This document shows positions 59,444 through 64,000 of a stretch of 64,000 nt of DNA, in pieces. Where the stretch lies: the NCBI RefSeq assembly GCF_044704955.1, contig NC_091982.1, forward strand, positions 229,462,001 through 229,526,000, in the 5' to 3' direction. Positions within the stretch are counted from its first letter, which is position 1; the number at the start of each line of letters is the position of its first letter. Position numbers and translations under genes: made by a program. The notes beneath the pieces are model-generated. The model was not told the DNA's origin, ran no database searches, and worked only from the letters and a program-made list of their open reading frames with translations. Origin of the DNA: Pristiophorus japonicus (Eukaryota).

Positions 59444-62247
59444 GGGCTGGAACCTCCACTTGCGTGCTTATCGCCTAAAAATGGGCATTATTTCCAGCGT
59501 GGGCATTAAAAAAAGGTTTTCAGATTGCCGGCTTCTCGCCCATTCTCAAAACACCATGAGCAATATCAAAAGGGTGGTAGCGTTAAATTTGTTTGACTTT
59601 CTGCCGTAAAGTGTGGCCGTCCTTAGCAACGACATGGCAACGCTCGATTCCCGCGATTCAGGAGGTCAAGGGTCATCATGACATGTGCAGAAGAGGAGAC
59701 AGAGAGAGAGGGAGCTCAGAAGCACTGAAAACATGTGAGGCTGTGGTGTGAGCTTGTTTTTCTGTTGTGGGAGGAACGAAGGAGATTCACCAGCAGCAAA
59801 AAGCCTACTAAGCACCAGGAACATAGTTGGCACCGAGTTTTTGTCCAACAAATAAGATATAACATGGAAGGGATGAAGGAGGCCCTGGAGCTAGTAGCCA
59901 GGAACACTGGTGGCAGGGGGCTCCCAGTGGTCCCGGAGCATGGCACTGCACCCCAAGGTACCGCACCCCCATTGCCAACCACACGAGAGTCAGCAGCAAC
60001 ATCTTGCTTATGGCTCGGAACACGTTCCCACCTCGGGACAGTCCTCTCCCGTGTCCGTCCAAGCAGCGCTTCAGCAGTCACCTCCCTCCCTTCGCCAATG
60101 AAGCATCGCCTAAGGACCTCCTCGGCCAGGCGGCTTGGAGTCAGGAGGGGAACGGGTAGAGGTGGGGAGGAGAAGTGGGAGTGGGGGGAGGGGGGGAGAG
60201 GGGAGGGTTGGTTTGTGCAGAAATAATGATGATTTTAGACTAATGTTCAGTTTAAATGTTTTTTATTTCACAAAACATTGCAGCACATTGGCTCAGATAG
60301 CTGCACCATTACATGCTGGTGATTGCTTTACATCAAAGGGTATAATCACACTTAACTTCAATCAACTTAAACTTTAACTGTCACCAAGGTGATGCCCACC
60401 ATTGATGTTTGACCTGCACACCCAGCAATGTTACAGCCTTGGAAATAACACCAATATTTTTTCAGGCAAAGCGATCATTGATGAGCTCCTGATGTAAGGC
60501 TTTTGCAGCATCATGCCACCATGGACTCTTTCATGAGGTCTACAGGGGGAGTGGGGGGCATGGCTTCAGCGTCAGCCTGATTGCCTGGGACGATATTAGC
60601 GTCCGCCTCATCGTCCTCCTCTTCCTCTCTCTGGTGAGGTGGACTGTCAGACTCATCAGGCAATTCGTGTCCCCTCCTGATAGCCAAGTTGTGCAGCATG
60701 GAGCATACCACCACGAATTTAGCTACCTGCTCAGGGTGGTGTTGCAGCTCGCCTCCTGAGTGATCCAGGCATCTAAAGCGTTGCTTCAGCACTCCAATGG
60801 TTTTCTCCACGATATTGCAAGTTGCTCTGTGGCTCTTGTTGTATTGTCTCTCGGCTTCGGTGTGGGTGTCACGCAGGGGGGTCATCAGCCAGGTGGCGAG
60901 GCCATATCCTTTGTCCCCAAGCACCCAGCATTGACCTTGTGGCTCATTGTTAAACAAGTCAGATACAGTGCACTCAAGCAGGATGTGAGCATCATGGATG
61001 CATCCCAGAAATTGAGCATTGTCATTCACTGCCAGTATAATTTGCTGGTGGTCGTCAACGAGTTGGACATTCATGGAGTGGAATCCCTTGCGGTTCCTGA
61101 AAACCTCAGGCGCCTGAAAAGATGCCTGCATCGCGATATGCGTACAGTCTATTGCTCCCTGCACCTTGGGGAAGATTGCAATTCTGGAGAATCCTAGAGC
61201 CCTCTCACTCTGTGCCTCCCTGGTCATAGGGAAGCTGATCAAGTTCCTCCTGCGTGCGTATAGGGCTTCAGTGACCTATCTAATGCAGTGATGTGTGGCA
61301 TGCTGAGAAAGTCCGCAAATGTTGCCAGCTGTGGCCTGAAAAGGACCCGAGGCATAGAATGACAATGCCTCGGTGACTTTGACCTCGGTGGACAGTGCAG
61401 TTCTGATGGTGCTGGCAAGCTGCAGATCTGCCCTTATCAGCTGGCAAACCTCAGTGATAACCTCTTTATGGAAGCACAGTCTCCGAAGGCAGGTGGTGTC
61501 GGGCAAGTCGAAGTAAGAATGCTTCTCCTTGTACTTGCGGGGGGTGTAACGTCTGGTCCTCCTCATCTGTCTATCACGTCTTACATTGGGCACATAATGC
61601 AATGCAGCTTTCCTTCGGCGATGTCGAGTCTGCTGCATATAATAGATCAGCAAGAGAGGGTGAGAAAGGACAGGCCCCATTGCAGTAGCTCTCTGTTTTC
61701 CACAGACTGGTCATAAACAAGGAATGTCCCGATGAAGACACCTCTTCAATTCCAATCGGTCACAGTATGGTCAAGATGTTTTTAAAGATGTTCACATCAA
61801 CGCCAACAACCTGCAGAGTACATCCGAAACTCCGCCGAGATTGAAGCACAGCAGCCTTTTAAAGGACGCGATATGTGATCTACAACATGGCATCCATAAC
61901 GCTGTGATTCATTCCGGTTAGTTCCACTTTCTCTGGGCATTTGTTTGGGCGAGCGATATTGTGGGCGATATGTGTGCGAGGTGGTGAAATTGACGCTGGG
62001 CGATCTCGTGGCCGCTAGTTTCGGTAAATATGCTCTTTACGACAAAAAACAGTGGGCGGGTGGTAATATATTTTCTCAGCATTGAGCACATGGGGAAAGT
62101 AACGCTCGGCGATAAGTTTCTGAAAAATGCCCGCCAGTTTCCATTTTGTGCCAAAATGGGCAATATGTGGGCGTTATATGTCATTTTAGCGGTAAAATGG
62201 GCATTAAGTGAGCATTAAGCATGCACAAAAAGTGGAGGTTCTAGCCC
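59444..62247. mobile_element. PIF/Harbinger transposon with both TIRs; Myb gene mostly deleted
   Basis: gggctggaacctccact / agtggaggttctagccc (16/17 match); flanks TAT/TTT. Confidence 0.9.
60462..61680 (-). pseudogene. Harbinger DDE transposase, disrupted
   Basis: LSFYASGPFQ; FPKVQGAIDCTHI, NRKGFHSMNVQ, HDA, LGDKGYG, VEKTIGVLKQRFRCLD, LHN; internal stop and frameshift. Confidence 0.92.
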
Positions 62248-62977
62248 TTTGTCCCCGAGTTTTAGTTTCCCCTATGAGTGGAAACATCCTCTCTGCATCC
62301 ACCTTGTCGAGCCCCCTCATTATCTTATAAGTTTCAATAAAATCACCTCTCATTCTTCTGAACTCCAATGTGTATAGACCCAACCGACTCAACCTATCCT
62401 CATAAGTCAGCCCCCTCATCTCCAGAATCAACCTAGTGAACCTTCTCTTAACAGCCTCCAATGCAAGTAAATCCTTCCTTAAATACGGAGACCAAAACTG
62501 AACGCAGTACTCCAGGTATGGCCTCACCAATACCCTATACAGTTGCAGCAGGACTTCTCTGCTTTTATACTCTATCCTCTCTATCTAATTGCAATGTACA
62601 AGTCTGTGTAATATTTACTACAGATGCAAAGATCGTAAGATAGATTTTATATGTGTGCCTGATACGAGCCAGATAGTGATAATCAGTGTTAACGCTATCT
62701 GTTGGTGTGGGCATTTGGCGTGGTTGCATTTCCGATTCAGATTAATATCAATTCCTTTCTTGTTGGTAAGATTATTCAGTACATACCACACCACAATCAT
62801 TCTCAGCATTCTGGGTCATGCATTTAAGCCCCACTGAGCTGTCAAGACACCAGAATTATTACTTGAGGACACCAATGCTTTGTGGTTGCAGTCACAAGAG
62901 AGACTTGCAGGTTATCTGCTTTTATTTTAAACAGTTCAATGACAGCCTCTGTGGATAGCCGCAACCTTCTTCGGCTT

Positions 62978-63060
62978 CTCTGTATCTAACCCGGTGCTGT
63001 ACCTGCACTGAGAGTGTGTGATGGGGACAGTGTAGAGGAAATTTTACTCTGTATCTAATC
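62978..63060 (+). repeat. Single monomer of a ~65-70 bp satellite-like unit
   Basis: ctctgtatctaa repeated at both ends of ...cccggtgctgtacctgcactgagagtgtgtgatggggacagtgtagagg...; resembles a tandem repeat I recall from shark genomes. Confidence 0.45.
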
Positions 63061-63609
63061 CCCCCCGCAATATATGGTCTTTCATGGCGCGGAGAAGTTT
63101 CATCTGTTGACGTGATTAATGTTTGTATTTAAACCTTCCTTTCCCCTTGCAGTCCGAATCGGCCCAGACCTCCGATAAGCCTAACTCTAGTAGTTAGCTT
63201 AGCTCCCCTTACGGTATGTGATGGTCGAGGCCCTGGCCGTGATAGACATTAACGCCCGATGCTATGTATCCGCTATTAATATAATTAATATCTCTCCCGA
63301 CCCGGCGGCGTCCTTTGGAGTCCCTTCGGCTGGTTCAATGCCGACCCCGGAGTCCGTTTGGCCGGCGGCCCATTCTGTGGAGGCGAAAGCAGCTGGAGGA
63401 GCTGCGGTGGAGCCACTGTCGGACACATGGCGCGGGTAATGGCGGCAGGCACATGGCACAGGTAATGGCGGCGGCCACTCTGACTTCTCTCACGACCCCT
63501 TGAGATGCTAAAATGGAGCAGGGTCCCAGCGCCCTCATCCCCACCCCTCATCACAACTCAGATCTCCCACCACCTCATTGAAGGTGCTGTCCATCCACAA
63601 TAGGCAACT

Positions 63610-64000
63610 AGGCCCATACAGTAGAGCTTGGTCTCCAGTCGTCTCAGACCCCCTTGCCACTGGACCAAGACCTTGTTCTGCTGAGCCCGTGTGGTAACCG
63701 GTGTGCAATGGATAACTCCATGTTAAAATAACTAAATCACAGGCATTTTCCACTCTTCAAAATGAAGTTCGGGACCAGGAACGTCAGGACCCTCATGGAC
63801 AACCCCAACAGTGACAGACTGGAACGCCACACAGCTATCGATGCCCGGTAGCTCAGATACTTCAAAGTTGACATCGCCGCCCTAATTGAGACTCAGCAGG
63901 CAGGGGAAGGCCAGCTCAAAGAACAACCTTCTTCTGAAAAGGCCACCTTCATGGAGTTGGCTTTGCCATCAAGAATGAGCTGGTGGGCCATCTCAGAGAC
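63610..64000 (+). mobile_element. RTE LINE 5' end (5' UTR and start of APE domain), continues past the window
   Basis: ATG at ~63762: MKFGTRNVRTLMDNPNSDRLERHTA...DIAALIETQQAGEGQLKE...GVGFAIKN. Confidence 0.85.

Larger units (their letters stand above)
59180..62580 (-). mobile_element. CR1 3' fragment (59180-59443 plus 62248-62580) split by a Harbinger element
   Basis: VRPYLEYCVQFWSP...TKTRG (62204-62530) continues as HSLRIKGHPFKTEMRRNFFSQ (59244-59443). Confidence 0.85.

Noticed and set aside
57237-61680. Host HARBI1 gene
   Set aside because: Both transposase copies are disrupted and lie within transposon structures (TIRs, partner Myb gene), so they are TE copies and not the domesticated gene.

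Overview
Eukaryotic (vertebrate, most likely cartilaginous-fish/shark-type) non-genic or intronic DNA made almost entirely of nested transposable elements. I could not confidently identify a host protein-coding gene. Main elements: (1) a class I (gamma/epsilon-like) endogenous retrovirus at 11294-19381 (+) with 799-bp LTRs, a 4-bp TSD, a tRNA-Gln PBS, a gag/pro region largely replaced by AT-rich DNA, decayed pol and env, and a leader array of covarying stem-loops; (2) a young Mag-like Ty3/Gypsy element at 36068-40739 (-) whose 3' LTR has lost its TATA box; (3) several PIF/Harbinger transposons (transposase plus spliced Myb/SANT gene) and many 3-bp-TSD MITEs; (4) CR1, L2 and RTE LINE fragments, Deu-domain SINEs and bipartite RTE-derived short elements; (5) short Penelope-type repeats carrying a minimal hammerhead ribozyme core. 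Most ORFs in the six-frame track are decayed TE fragments or antisense noise. Boundaries without TSD/TIR support are approximate.
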